Part shown: positions 26,625 through 40,344 of the stretch, one piece after another
How the letters are laid out: each line of letters opens with the position of its first letter
Numbering within the stretch: the first letter of the stretch is position 1
Assembly: GCF_006345805.1 (NCBI RefSeq)
Contig: NC_043000.1
Location: 41,106,001 to 41,170,000 of the forward strand
Direction of reading: 5' to 3'
Length of the DNA: 64,000 nt
From: Octopus sinensis
Taxonomy: Eukaryota
The notes under the pieces: generated by a model
What the model saw: the letters and a program-made list of their open reading frames with translations, nothing else
Told to the model about the DNA's origin: nothing
The model's database searches: none
Made by a program: the position numbers and the translations under genes

Positions 26625-27034
26625 ATAAGGCGTAGGAGTGGCTGTGTGGTAAGTAGCTTGCTCACCAACCGCATGGTTCCGGGTTCAGTCTCACTGCGTG
26701 GCACCTTGAGCAACTGTCTTCTACTAAAACCTCGGGCCGACCAAAGCCTTGTGAGTGGATTTGGTAGACGGAAACTGAAAAAAGCCCGTCTTATATATGT
26801 ATATGTATATAAATATGTGTGTGTGTTTCTGTGTCTGTGTTTGTCCCCTCCAACATCGCTGGTGTGTTTACGTCCCCGTAACTTAGCGGTTCGACGAAAA
26901 GCGACCGATAGAATAAGTACTAGGTTTACAAAGAATACGTCCTGGGGTCGATTTGCTCGAGTAAAGGTGGTGCTCCAGCATGGCCGCAGTCAAATGACTG
27001 AAACAAGTAAAAGAGTAAAGAGAGATAAAAGAGT
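26625..27034 (+). mobile_element. SINE family A, full length
   Basis: Head aaggcgtaggagtggctgtgtggtaagtagc…gggttcagtctc; tail cagtcaaatgactgaaacaagtaaaagag. Confidence 0.92.
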
Positions 27035-27700
27035 ATAATGTTCGTGTGTGTGTGTGTGTGTGCACTTATAAAGATTACTAAAATGTAAAAATATTCGAAA
27101 ATAACGACTGACTATCAATGTTTAAATATACATATAGTTAATTTTTTTTTTCCGGACACAATTTCATGTTTCTGAGAAACGATTCTATGTTTAACAGAAA
27201 ATGTGTGATACTATCAGCAGAATACTGTGAGAGAAAATAGTTTGAAATATATCCGCACTAATATATATAGACCTGTAAAACCGAAATGATATCATACTCA
27301 GAAATAGCGAACAATCTTATAATTTTTGTCTACAAAATATTTTAATGTATTTGAATTTTCGATATTTATTGTACAAAATGAACTTTAAAAAATTGGTATG
27401 GGAACAAATGTTCGCAGGCATTATAAAAAGAAGATAGTTTTCATGAAACAGAAGATTCAATAATATGAAATATGTACATATCTAGAACGATATATGTAAA
27501 TATTTTTACGTGAAGTCGACATTTATTTTCTAGTTGACTACTCGAATGGCCATGGGGGCCCAGTAGAGCTTTCGAGTTTGTTCTATTTCTGCTTCCCAAT
27601 ATGAACTATTGCTCATAACATGAATTTGGTACTTATATACATGCATATACATACAAGTTTATATCTGAATCTCTCTCTTCTCCCCCCCTCTCTGTTTCTC

Positions 27701-27769
<69 letters not shown>

Positions 27770-27974
27770 ATATATATATATATATATACATATATTTGTG
27801 TGTGTATGTATGTATCTATGTATAAAACAAAAGAGGTGTATTTCCACGCATGAAAAATATAGGAAAAATTGTTGTTGAAACTGCACCTAAATTTGAAAAA
27901 CTTCTAATTGTTTTTAAATAAATTTATTTACGTACATGCAAAACTAGTTTCAACAATATTTTTTGATTATCAAT

Positions 27975-28365
27975 TCTTTTACTTGTTTCAGCCATTTGAC
28001 TGCGGCCATGCTGGAGCACCGCCTTTAGTCGAGCAAATCGACCCCAGGACTTACTCTTCGTAAGCCTAGTACTTATTCTATCGTTCTCTTTTGCCGAACC
28101 TCTAAATTACGGGGACATGTATACACTAGCATCAGTTGTCAAACGATGTTGGGGTACAAACACAAACGCACAAATACAAACACACACACACATATATATA
28201 CGACGGACTTCTTTCAGGTTCCGTCTACCAAATCCACTCACAAGGTTTTGGTCGGCCTGAGGCTATAGTAGAAGACACTTGCCAAGGTGTCATGCAGTGG
28301 GATTGAACCCGGAACCATGTGGTTGGGAAACAAGTTACTTACCACACAGCCACTCCTGGACCTAT
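27975..28365 (-). mobile_element. SINE family A, full length
   Basis: Complete reverse-complement copy including the B-box-like gggttcaatccc. Confidence 0.92.
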
Positions 28366-28444
28366 GGTAAAAATTTAAAATTATGAATTAGAAAAACATG
28401 TTTTAAAAATTCAATGTTTACAAGTTTCAATATCAAATATGATT

Positions 28445-28712
28445 TAAATGTTCATAACATTCAATAATACAAAAAATGTGGATCATCTTGCTTAAATGCT
28501 CAAAATTCAATAGTGTTAAGAAATGATCGATAAGAAATGTGGATCATCAAAAGTTCGGTCGTACTGAATCAAGATTTAATAATATCAAACATCATTTAAA
28601 TATTCACAACATTCAATAATATAAAAAATATTGATCATCTTGTATGTGCAAAATTCAATAGTGTTAGAAGTGATCGATAAGAAATGTGGAACACCAAAGG
28701 TTCGGTCATACC
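28445..28712 (+). repeat. ~150-bp tandem duplication at the PLE 3' flank
   Basis: acattcaataata…aaaattcaatagtgtta…gatcgataagaaatgtgga…ggttcggtc occurs twice. Confidence 0.85.
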
Positions 28713-28714
28713 GA

Positions 28715-30500
28715 GGGAGAAAAACAAGAGAGAAATTGAAGATAATAAAAAAATGGTTTTGTGTACAGTTTCTGTTTTTCCGTCGTGTGGAGGAACTCTC
28801 GCTTGTAACAGCGTTTTTTGGAATCCGGTGTATTTATATTTTTTTCCGTCAACGGATCTGATTTTGGATTCGTTAAAGTACTGGTGACGTCTTATTTTTC
28901 TGGTGGTCAAGCTTGTCGTTCTGCCTAGTTGGCTTCTTTGTGGGGAACGGTTATCACCCGTTCCAACTGGTTGATTCTCTTAAAGGGTATTTACTGAAGT
29001 TTGGTTTTGATCGGAGGTAAAATTTCCTTGGTCTAGAGTTAAGTGACGTCAGCAACTGGTGTATGTACTGTGATTTGGACTTGCGCTTTCGAAACCCGCG
29101 TGGAAGACTGTTACTAAAGTCTTTGAATTATGTTTGTTGTGTGTGGTTGTCTTTATTTTTATTTTTAGAAGAAATTGGGTCTTTTTCCTTTTTCTCTTAA
29201 GTGTTTTTCTTCTTTCTAAAGGATATTCAGCTGTGGTTTATATTTTTTATGAGCATACTTTCCTTATCCGAACGGAATTGGGTTGAAGTGTTTCCGGTGC
29301 ATTGATAGAGAGGGAAGATTTGGTATTTCGGGTTATGTTTGGTCTAGGTGTTTGCTTACGGAAATTTTCCTAGTCGTGGTGTCCCGGATTTGTTGCCTGT
29401 GTACTGTTAGTCTGTCCTTCAAGGTGAAACTAGTTTGACCTATGTAGTCTCCACCACCCTCCACATTTGGGAACATAGATTAAGTTCTTCGAAGTAAAGT
29501 TGATGTGATTTTTGACGGTAAAAGTTTGACCTGGCTTAAATCTGTATGTTGAGTCCTCTAAGAGGAAGATGTAAGATGTAAGTCCAGCAGTTAGGGCGGT
29601 TGCACTTTTTGACTAGTAGGGTTGTACTTTTGGCGGGTAATTGAGCGCTGGTGAGTAACTTTTTTAGGGATTGCGGTTGTATCTTACTTTTAATAAACCT
29701 ATATGATTGCAGTGCTCTTTTCATTCGCAGGTCATTCATAAGGAGGGGTATATTTTGGTGGATGATGTTATATGCTTCAAAGTTCCTCAGATTGTGTAAG
29801 GTAAAGATTTAAGTGTGTCATGGTGTTTTCTTGTTTTCCGTAACTCTTGGAGGCCTATCATTTTTGCACTTCTATTCCGTCTTTGATTACACTGACCGGG
29901 TATTTTCTATCTAGTAATCTATTTTTAAGTTCTTGGAGTCGCTTTTTTCAGGTTTCGGGATTTGATGAAAAGCTGAACGTATTTATTTTAGTATATTTTG
30001 GGTGGCAGGAGAAAAATAGAAGATATCGTTTTGAGTCCGTTGGTTTGAAGATGTTGGTTTCAGTTTCAGTATCTCTTTTTATGATTAAGATGTCCAAGAA
30101 AAGTAGTTGTTTGTGGCTGTATTCCATTTTGAACTGGATACTGTGGTTAATGCTGTTAAGTTCTTAAATTCTGAGTGTTGCTCAAGGTTATTTGGCCACA
30201 GAATGAAACAGTCATCCAGGTAGCGTTTCCAGTTTGTGAGTATTTTTGGAAGTTGTCTCCAAATTTCAGTCTAGCGTGCTCTTATATTTGGACTGCTAAT
30301 TATGCCATGACAAGGTTAGCAAAAGTAGTAGGGGCTAGCCTCGTTCCCATCGCCGTGCCTGATTTTTGTCTATAAATGTTCTCGTTGAAGATGTTGTTCT
30401 GTAGGATGAATTTGATCCCTTCAACGATGAATTATTTTCCGATTTGACCAGGAATGTCATTTGGGAATCTACTTCACAAAGACCGAGCTCTTTGAGAAGT
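28715..30500 (-). mobile_element. Penelope-like element (RT + GIY-YIG + 3' UTR), decayed
   Basis: RT motifs YRQKSGTAMGTRLAP and WKRYLDDCFILW (YLDD at 30211-30222). KCNRPNC, KNLIYV…DYIGQTSFTLKDRLTVH and KYKPQLNIL* end at ~29219. Confidence 0.92.
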
Positions 30501-31495
30501 AAATCAACAACAACAATAACAACAGCAACAACAAGAACAACAACAGCAGCAACAACAACAACAAAGACAATAATAAAATAAAGCTCAAATAAAAATTACG
30601 TGTGTTTAATTGGCAAAACATGACCATCCCTATGTACAACAATATTTGTTTCAACTCACGTTTTCATATCAAGAATCTTGCGAAAAAAATACATAGACGT
30701 AAATTAATATATTGCTATTTGAAATAGACAATAATAATACATTTACAAGTTGGAAGCAGCAGGAAACGGTATAATGAGTAGTGTCTATTTACTTTTCAGA
30801 TGGTTGTGTATATACATACACATGTTTGTGCGTGTGTGTTTGCGTGCGTGTGTGCGCGTGCTTGTCTGTGTGCGCGAGTGCTTTGTGCACGCGTGCGTGT
30901 CTCTGTGTGTGGTGCATTTTGTTCAGAAAGCTTGTCTATTCTACAGTGTGTATATTTACTGGTACAAGTATTTTTATATTTATTGATGCGTATGAACGCG
31001 CATTATGTTTATGTGCCGCGTTACGTTTATGGGCCACCTTATGCTTATCTGCATATGCATTTACATATATATTTAAGTGTACCCATGCGTTTCGAAATGA
31101 CTATTTATGCATTTGTAGATACATATTCGTATATAAATGCGTGTGCGCGGTGTGTGCATAAATGCATGAATTCGTAATTATTTCCAGTCATCTTTTTGCT
31201 TACCTAATTTTCATCATAAAGTTTCAACTTAAAATTTAATTACTCCCTTTCTGTACTAACGTATTCAACTTGTTTTTGTTTTTCATTAACTACACATGAA
31301 AACAATGTTAATTGCTTTGGCTCCTTACAAACTTAATTTCTGAAGTCCTAATAGTCAGATGTCTAACCATTTCACTAACGTGTCTTGCTGGCTGTTTGTA
31401 AACCAAGGCACTTAGAATTATTATTTTATCTATAAGTACTTAATGAGTATTTTCCTTCAACATTCTCCCGTAAAAAAAACTAGTTATCTGCTTTA

Positions 31496-31558
<63 letters not shown>

Positions 31559-31883
31559 TCTGACGATAAATTAGTTGGCTGAAACTTCGAAGTCGCTGTC
31601 AATACTATTCCTATAAAAGAATAATAAATTTGTACTCTACAAATACATTGAGCATTCAATCAATTAAATCTAAATTGTTTTTTGTTATAACAAAAACAAA
31701 CACTAATGTACATGTTCATAACATAATTGTTTACTTTTTTTATCATCGTTTTTCTTATTACCGCTCTGTTCTCAACCAAGGCTTCTTTCAGCAGCATACG
31801 TATACTGAGTTCTACACTAGGTTATTAGTATCTCAATGGCTAAGCGAAATATTAAAACACACATGCACACACACATACGAATA

Positions 31884-32110
31884 TACAGTTGCGGCCAAAA
31901 TGTTCAGAACGGCATTGTTTTCGTCAGAAGAGTAGGTATAAGTTTTTTTATCAAAGTTGTTTTATATTCTATAATTTTCACAGAAAATAAATAGGCTATT
32001 AATTGTTATTGTCTGAGGTTTTGGTGTAATATGAGAGGATAATACAAAAGTTATGGTTGATTTAGTGATTTACTGCAAAACTCATGGCGGCCAAAATGAC
32101 CAGAACGGTT
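31884..32110 (+). mobile_element. Left end of a Tc1-like (IR/DR-type) DNA transposon
   Basis: TA|CAGTTGCGGCCAAAA start, with the 22-nt direct repeat gcggccaaaatg..cagaacgg at 31891 and 32087. Confidence 0.55.
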
Positions 32111-32349
32111 GAAAAAATAACAAAATAATCAAAAATGACAGAGAATACTGGAATTATTTAATATTTAGTGTGAAGCCCTTTAGCTTCAATCACACTTTGA
32201 CATCTTTGAGACATGTTTGAGTTGTCAAACATTTAAACCAAATTTTCTCAAAACAACTTATCCGACCGTCCCATAGGCCTCCTCTTTGAGAAACACTGAT
32301 TTAAACTAAATTTGAGACACCAGCAAAATAAGAAATAAAGATAAACTTT

Positions 32350-32560
32350 TTCTATTCCAAGAAAAACGATTTTACATATGCACGTTCCCACGGCTTCATC
32401 GATCGCATTCTTACCTGGAATCGATTTTTGTAATTTTTTCAAGGCTTATATAATACCGTCGGTATTTACATATCAAATTTGAGCGCAATCTGATGGAGGA
32501 TGCCCGAGATCCGAGAAGACAAACACACACAGACAGAACGGATGTTATATATGATATATG
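32350..32560 (-). mobile_element. Short Helitron/HINE-like fragment
   Basis: Reverse complement: tatataacatccgttctgtctgtgtgtgtttgtc…cagattgcgctcaaattt…gaagccgtggg. Confidence 0.5.
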
Positions 32561-32572
32561 ATATATGATATA

Positions 32573-32644
<72 letters not shown>

Positions 32645-32652
<8 letters not shown>

Positions 32653-33410
32653 GGGGGGATAAGAAAAATCAACGAAAATACAGATTGTAAATATATTTAG
32701 TTGGGCAAGATATTTGTTGATGAAAATTGCCTCTTTATTCAACCTTTGTTGCATTGTGGTGTTCTGTGAACATTGATGGAAGGGGAAGATTTGAAAATTA
32801 GGATTAAGATTACTGGAACACCTTTCTATGTGTTCACTAACCTGTAACTGTCTGTATTGTGGGTGGCGGATTTTCTCTTTGTGGATGGTGGTTCTTCGAC
32901 GGAGTGATATTCCTGTTTGTCCAATATAGAGGTTACCACATCCTAAGCATGTCATGACATAGATTAGATTTTCCGAGGCGCAGGTGAAATTTGATTTGAT
33001 CTTAAATATTTCTCCTTGTTTGAAGTGAAATTCTGAACCCTCCAAAAGGTGGGTGGGGGGCATGTTCCACAGTTAGGGCGACTACATTTTTTCACTTTTG
33101 GCTCTGTTGCTAGTGGATATAGTCTTGCGCTGGTTAATATTTTTTCAGTGACTTCGGTTGCCTTTTGCTTTTTATAATTTTGTATGAGCTTAAAATTTCG
33201 TTCATTGTTTTGTCTGCTGTGAGGATGGGAAGATTTTGGGTGATAATGTTGAAGGCTTCGTTGTTTCTAGGGTTATGTGTGGAAATGTACGGGAGTATTT
33301 TTAAGTCTGGTTTAGTATTTCGACTGGCTTGCCTTAATATTTGTATATTTTGGTGGCGGTTTATAATAATAGAAACTATTTTATTTTATGTTTATGTAAT
33401 GCTTTTGAGG
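32645..33410 (-). mobile_element. Penelope-like element 3' coding remnant (linker + GIY-YIG), same clade as 28715-30500
   Basis: KRQPKSLKK…KCSRPNCGTC, FTCASENLIYVMTCLGCGNLYIGQTG…RLNKEAIFINKYLAQLNI. The 3' end runs into (TA)n. Confidence 0.92.
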
Positions 33411-34208
33411 CTTAATTAAAACGCTCTTGATTGAGGCTTAATTAAAACGCTCTTGTTATCTAGGGAGTTTCATTATTTGATATTATTTTAGTATGTGACC
33501 TGGCCTTAAATATTATCTGCCTAACTGTTAGTGCCATTTTAAGCTCTGTAGAGAATCTATGTGTTATATTTTTCTTACATACTGTTATATACTTAAATTA
33601 CCACAATTTGCAATATACGAAGTTCAGCAATATATTGTTTTTATCCCCCACCCTTTTTTTTAACATTTTTTCCCTTGTTTTCATTGAACTGCTGACCTAC
33701 CAGGACCTGTTGCTTCCCCTTAACCAATAATCTGTTGGTCTCATTACGTTTTCCTCTCAAATCCTTTGTAACAGTTTTAACAGGCGACCTGTTTAAATTG
33801 TTACTCACCAATGTAGAGACCGCTTAACTGAGACTTACTCCATTGTGGATCATAGTAAATTTTTACTTAAGTAACCTACGTTAATTTCTTTAATCTTACT
33901 TAAGTTTTCTCCGTTAACATAGGTTTGGCCTTTGATATTTATGTTAATATTTTATTTTCTTTGCATAGAGCTTCTTGATAACTTCTATTTTTAACACCCT
34001 GACACCCGCCCTCCTAACTGCACATCCCGTTAATAATTTGTAGTATTCCCTAATCCTTTAAAAGCTCACTCTCTCATCTACGCACTTTGAGCCCTGATGA
34101 TAAATGACTATGTGCATTTAACATATTGGACTTCTAGACATTTTGCCTTTACCATGTTCTCTTTCCTTTTCCTTCTTCCTTTTATTTATATTGTATGCTC
34201 TTGTTTGT

Positions 34209-34323
34209 CACTCTGATGAAGATCTGTTGCCTTAATTTGAATGCACTATGAAGATTAATAATTTTATTCTCGCATTTATGTATAGACTGCATTCAGGTAT
34301 TTTGATCAGAAACAACTGTTAGA
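34209..34323 (+). ncRNA. Hammerhead-like motif with extended (~90-nt) stem II
   Basis: act CTGATGA A GATC[…TGAATGCA…TGCATTCA…]GATC A GAAA C AACT G TT aga. All core residues are present; stem I is weak. Confidence 0.6.
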
Positions 34324-34722
34324 TTTGTATTGTCTTGCAAGGAATCAATAAATATGTTTTAAAATGTAGTCCTGTCTATGTGCTGGTTAATCTATGTTTT
34401 TCTCCATTTTCTAATTATTTACATTGGTTTCTGATAAACTTTTGTTTATTCTGTTGTTATCTGCGCTCGACGTATATGGTGTCCTTGCACACAGTTTCCT
34501 GGGGTTAATACAGGGTTAAAAGTTAGATGTTAACTTTTTACCAATGGCCAGCTCGAGTATATATGTCCGTAGATTGCAAATATCATTATATTATGTCTGT
34601 GCAGGAGAGTTATAGACTGAGGAAATGCCACTAAGTGAAATCCCAAACCACGAAAAAGCTATTCTTATTTTGGCAAAAAATTTATAGATATATCCGTATG
34701 CATATATATATACATACATATA

Positions 34723-34766
<44 letters not shown>

Positions 34767-34974
34767 CATACATATACTATATATATATATACACACACAT
34801 ATATATGCACATATATATAGGTATGCAGATATATATATTTATGCATATGTACATATACATATATCTATATGTATGCGCAATATATATACATATATCTATA
34901 TGTATGCATATATATATATATATACACATTGGAAGAGAGAGAGAGAAAATTTGATAGATAGATACACAGACAGA

Positions 34975-35246
<272 letters not shown>

Positions 35247-35604
35247 ATCAGTAACAAAATTAGCGCGAGTGGTAGGACGTAAAGTATAATGAACATACGC
35301 CCCCAGCTAATAATTATAAAAATACATAAGTGAAAGTCTCATTTAATGTACGCCATTTTCTCGCATGATTACATTTTAACCAACAACTAGCGATCATACA
35401 ACATTCATATCATTAAACACACGTGCGGTCTATTCCTTTTGTGTGTCCCTTAATGTCTGATGGATAATTTATGTGTGCGTATGTGTGTGTCTGTGTTTAT
35501 GTGTGTGTACGCAGTTACGCATGTTTGTGCATGTACTTCATGAGATGGCTGCGTAATCATGTTTGTGCGTGTTCAAGTCTATGTTACAAGTACGTTTGCG
35601 TATG

Positions 35605-35649
<45 letters not shown>

Positions 35650-35794
35650 ATACACGCACTCACACATACACACACAGCCATAAACATGCACATATATATG
35701 TATATACCTATATATATATGCACATGAGCATAAAAGTGTCTAACATTTCTTCAGGCAAGATATAAAAAACTCAGTGTGCGTATGTGTGAGTTGA

Positions 35795-35838
<44 letters not shown>

Positions 35839-35991
35839 CATACATATATATATATACATACATATATATACCTATATATATATATACATACATATATATA
35901 CCTATATATATACATATATATATACCTATATATATATATATACATATATATATAAATACATATATATATATACATATATATATACGTATAT

Positions 35992-36040
<49 letters not shown>

Positions 36041-36045
<5 letters not shown>

Positions 36046-36240
36046 ATCCAAACAAGAAAGCACAAAAAAACACAACAACGCGAGGACGTGGAACAAATAT
36101 AGTATTATTGGACGCTCAGGAAAGAAGGAAAGAAGGAGGGTTCAATGTTTCGAGCGGAGCTCTTCGTCGGAAACATAGGAGAAGGAAAGATCCAGAGAAG
36201 GGAAGACAGAGGAAAAAAAATCGCCAACGGTACACACGAT
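36041..36240 (-). mobile_element. HH1 pLTR-like module (hammerhead motif 36138-36174, U4 mutated)
   Basis: gttt CCGACGA A GAGC tcc GCTC GAAA CATT gaac. Homologous to 40760-40945 and 58150-58330; abuts (TA)n. Confidence 0.8.
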
Positions 36241-36539
36241 GTCCGCCAGGACAACTCAACTCAACCCCGGGAAAATTGATTAATAAATAATTTCGTTTTA
36301 TAACATTATCAGAAATTTATAAAAAAGATTAATCTTAATACATAGCTTCTTCAATTTGATAGGAACTTCCTCAATTTAGGAGTCTGTCGCCGTAATTTAT
36401 TGGTCATAACAGCTTGCATGTGCGCAAGAATTTTGAAATAAGCATATAGAAACTTATGTATATTTCTTTATCTCTTTTAGCATATGTGTTTGAGTGTGAA
36501 TTTTCCTTCGTGTAACTGGTATAACTGTATAATTGTGTA

Positions 36540-37142
36540 TTCACCATAACATATCTTTATTATTGTCACGCTGCCTTCTGCGCATGCGTGCTTATACTTA
36601 GTACTATTGTAGTCACGTGATTGAAGTTTGAGTCTGATAGCGGCATTTTTCGTACTGACATTACAGTGTAAGCATGGCCGCTCCACTAGCAATGTGAACC
36701 AAAGGAGAACAAAGAGCAATGATCCGAGAAATGGTAATCGGGAACTGGTTCACCATTACCATCTCACGACCTTGCTAAGTTTTCTTGTCAGTGGTGGAGG
36801 TTGACGGGTGTCCTGCTCCCTCTTCGCGCGTTACTCTTGTCCGGCCATTTTTAAACATATTGATCCACTTATACACACTTTTACGCGGTAGTGCACTTTC
36901 CCCGTATTGTGCTAAAAGCCTCCGATGAATTTCAGCTCTGGACACCACTGGAGCAGCGAAATCGGTTCACTGTTCAATGCTCTTCTTTGATGCACATTGC
37001 GAGTGGAGCGGCCATATTTACACTGTAAAGCCAGAAAGAAAAATGGCGCGATCAGACTCAAACTTCGATCACGTGACCACAATAGTACCGACTATAAGTA
37101 CGTATGCGCAGAGTGACAATAATAAAGCTATGTTATGGCGAA
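36540..37142. mobile_element. ~600-bp MITE-like element with ~175-bp imperfect terminal inverted repeats
   Basis: The left arm 36540-36720 matches the reverse complement of 36968-37142 (ccataacata…tttattattgtcac…gtcacgtgat.gaagtttgagtctgat…atggccgctccact.gcaatgtg). Confidence 0.85.
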
Positions 37143-38555
37143 AGTGCTGATAATTCTTGACTTCTCGTATAAAAAAGATTGGTTAAAAAGTCTCCCTATG
37201 CAAGACAGTTATTTGGAACTTAAAGAATTCATGTCAATAATACGAGCCATATGCATTAAATTTGTCCCAGAGAAGAGAGCAACCACATACAGAATCATCA
37301 TTCTGCGAGACAGGAGAGTCCTTATGAGACCGAGAATAAAGGTCTCTAATCACTTAAATAAACAACTTAATGACAGTGAGAGATCCCTCTTCTAAGAGAG
37401 TAGAGGTCGAAAATATACTCAGGCTCTCCCATGAAAAGGAAAGTGTAGAAGGAGAAACAAGAGCAGTTGAAAGTATAAAAAGAAATCCTAAAACCTTCTA
37501 CAAGTTCGCAAAAGAGTCTGCCTTAGTGCATTACAAAATAGGGCCACTGTCTGAAGAAGACAGCTCACTAACTGCAGATCCCAAGGAGAATAAGTTGTGT
37601 ACTAAATAAACAATTCCAGAGTGTGTTAACTTCTCCACTGAGAAACAGGCTAGTATGCGAGCCTAAAGGGTTTTTCAACACTGCAGACCTACATGGGAAA
37701 AAGACAACTAACGATTACATCGACGTAAAAGAGGAATATGTAACAACAGCCATTGGTGCGATGAGCTCAAACTCAGCAACGGGTCCGGATAGATTTCCTG
37801 TTATGCTCGTAAAAACATATGAGAGCTCCAGATACATTTTCAGAATGTTCTTGCATGTTGAAAACTTCTCAAACAGTTAAAAGAGGGTATCGTATACCCC
37901 TCCATAAAGGAGGAAGTAGAGCAGATGCTAAAAAATTACATGTTTATATTTCTGACTTCACATGTTAGCAATGCCATGGAATGCATTGTCAGAAGGAGAC
38001 ATCACGTTCTTGGAAGACAATAATTTGCTCACAAACACACATTATTTCCACTTAATGAGGAGCTGCCTCACACAGCAACTACAGCATTACGATTGGGTAC
38101 TGAAACAGTAGAAAAGCCACTAAAATGTGGTTGTGATATATCTTGACTTTGCCAAGGCCTTTGAGAAAGTTGATCATGGAATGATATATCACAAACTACG
38201 TGACATTGGAATCACTGAAAAACTGGGAAAGTGGCTACACGACCTTTTGAAGGACAGAAGTCAGACAGTTTCAACCACTGGTGCTCTCTCTGGAGACATC
38301 AATCAGCAGCGGCGTTCCTCAGGGAACTGCACTGAGACCACTATTGTTTGTAGTGGCTCTCTGAGACATGCTCTCAGTCGTACAGTTAGCCACTCTCACC
38401 AGCTACGCCGATGATACATATGTAACTCAGGTGGTCAAGGACCCTGGTAACATACTAAAAATGCAAAACGACTTGCATGCAATATGCAAATGGGCAGATG
38501 AAAATAACACGCAGTTCAATGCTGATAAGTTTCAGGTATTATATTATCGGCCCAC
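37143..38555 (+). mobile_element. Decayed CR1/L2-group LINE RT fragment
   Basis: SATGPDRFP, YLDFAKAFEKVDHG…KLGKWLHDLLKDRSQ, SYADDT and QFNADKFQ. Confidence 0.88.
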
Positions 38556-38669
38556 TTTCGAAGGGTTATCGGTCGGCGGGCGCCGGTGCTCATCTCATTT
38601 TTATCGTTATCATCCTCATCACATTAATGTCCTTGTCCAGCCCGCAGCTACTCTGTGTACTGCCCTTGT

Positions 38670-38828
38670 GGCAAACTATGTGAATAAAAGTAGCTTGCTT
38701 ACGAACTACATGGTTCTGGGTTCAGTCCCACTGCGTGGCACCTTGGGCAAGTGTCTTCTACAATAGCATCGGGCCAAACAAAGCCTTGTGAGTGGATTTG
38801 GTAGATAGAAACTGAAAGAAGCCCGTCG

Positions 38829-38882
<54 letters not shown>

Positions 38883-39140
38883 GTGTGTGTGTGTGTGAGT
38901 GTGTGTCTGTGTGTGTGCGTGTGTGTGTGTGTCTGTGTGTGTGTGTATGTATGTTTGTGTGTCTGTGTGTGTCACCCCAACATCGCTTGACAACCGATGC
39001 TGGTGTGTTTACGTCCCCGTAACTTAGCGGTCAGGCAAAAGAGACCGATAGAATAAGTACTAGGCTTACAGAGAATAAGTCCTGGGGTCTATGTGCTCGA
39101 CTAAAGGTGGTGCTCCAGCATGGCCACAAGTAAAAGAGTA
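38670..39140 (+). mobile_element. SINE family A with expanded internal microsatellite
   Basis: gggttcagtcccactgcgtggcaccttgggcaagtgtcttc…; the tail carries a short deletion (catggcc|acaagtaaaagag). Confidence 0.9.
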
Positions 39141-39146
39141 TATGTA

Positions 39147-39203
<57 letters not shown>

Positions 39204-39204
39204 G

Positions 39205-39275
<71 letters not shown>

Positions 39276-39303
39276 TTATATATATACATGCAAATACATA
39301 TAT

Positions 39304-39354
<51 letters not shown>

Positions 39355-39616
39355 GTATATATATATATTGTATCTATATGCATATATATGTGTGTGTGCG
39401 TGTGCGTGTAGATATAAATGCATGTATATATGCATGTGTGCGTGTGTGTGTGTGTGTGCGTGCGTTTGTGAATCATAGAATTCAATATATGTATGTGCAT
39501 ATGCATTTATAATTCCTCACTCTCTTCTATACATAGATGCATACTTTCACACATACGCAGATACATAATATGGAAACATGCATATGAGCATACACGCAGG
39601 CACACACACACACACA

Positions 39617-39680
<64 letters not shown>

Positions 39681-39877
39681 TCATAGATGGCATCTGGGAA
39701 TAAAAGTAAGGATGAAAATACAAAAAAAAGTGACTGAATATGAGATATGCTAACATCCTTATCGTTTGTGAATCTCTTGCCTCGTGCCACATCGTATATC
39801 TTTACACTCATATCTGTCATACTGTCATTCCTCTATGTCCTTCTCTCATTCGCTCCCTCCCCACCACACATATGTAT

Positions 39878-39918
<41 letters not shown>

Positions 39919-40115
39919 CTTATATATTCATGCTCACACATACACACACACACATGCACACACACACACGCACACACACAAACAAATGGATATATTAATT
40001 TTACCATTGATCTAATTAAGTCTTTAATTTCTTCCTTACCATCTTACTTATCTACCTACGTGTCTACTCTTCCCCATAACTAGCTATATAGCTGTATTTA
40101 TTGATACCCTGTGTG

Positions 40116-40179
<64 letters not shown>

Positions 40180-40344
40180 GTATTGCTAGCAAATTTACAT
40201 CCATTTTCAAATATACTCCCTAGCTGCCTACTTTTCCCCACTTACATACAAACATACATACATACACATACATACATACATACATACATACATACATACA
40301 TACATACACATACATACATACATACATACATACATACACACATA

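Noticed and set aside
28550-28715. Hammerhead in the duplicated PLE 3' flank (cggt atg accg aac)
   Set aside because: A small hairpin is present, but CUGANGA is absent in both copies.
32280-32310. hAT TIR ttgagaaacactg
   Set aside because: No matching opposite end or TSD was found nearby, so no element could be delimited.
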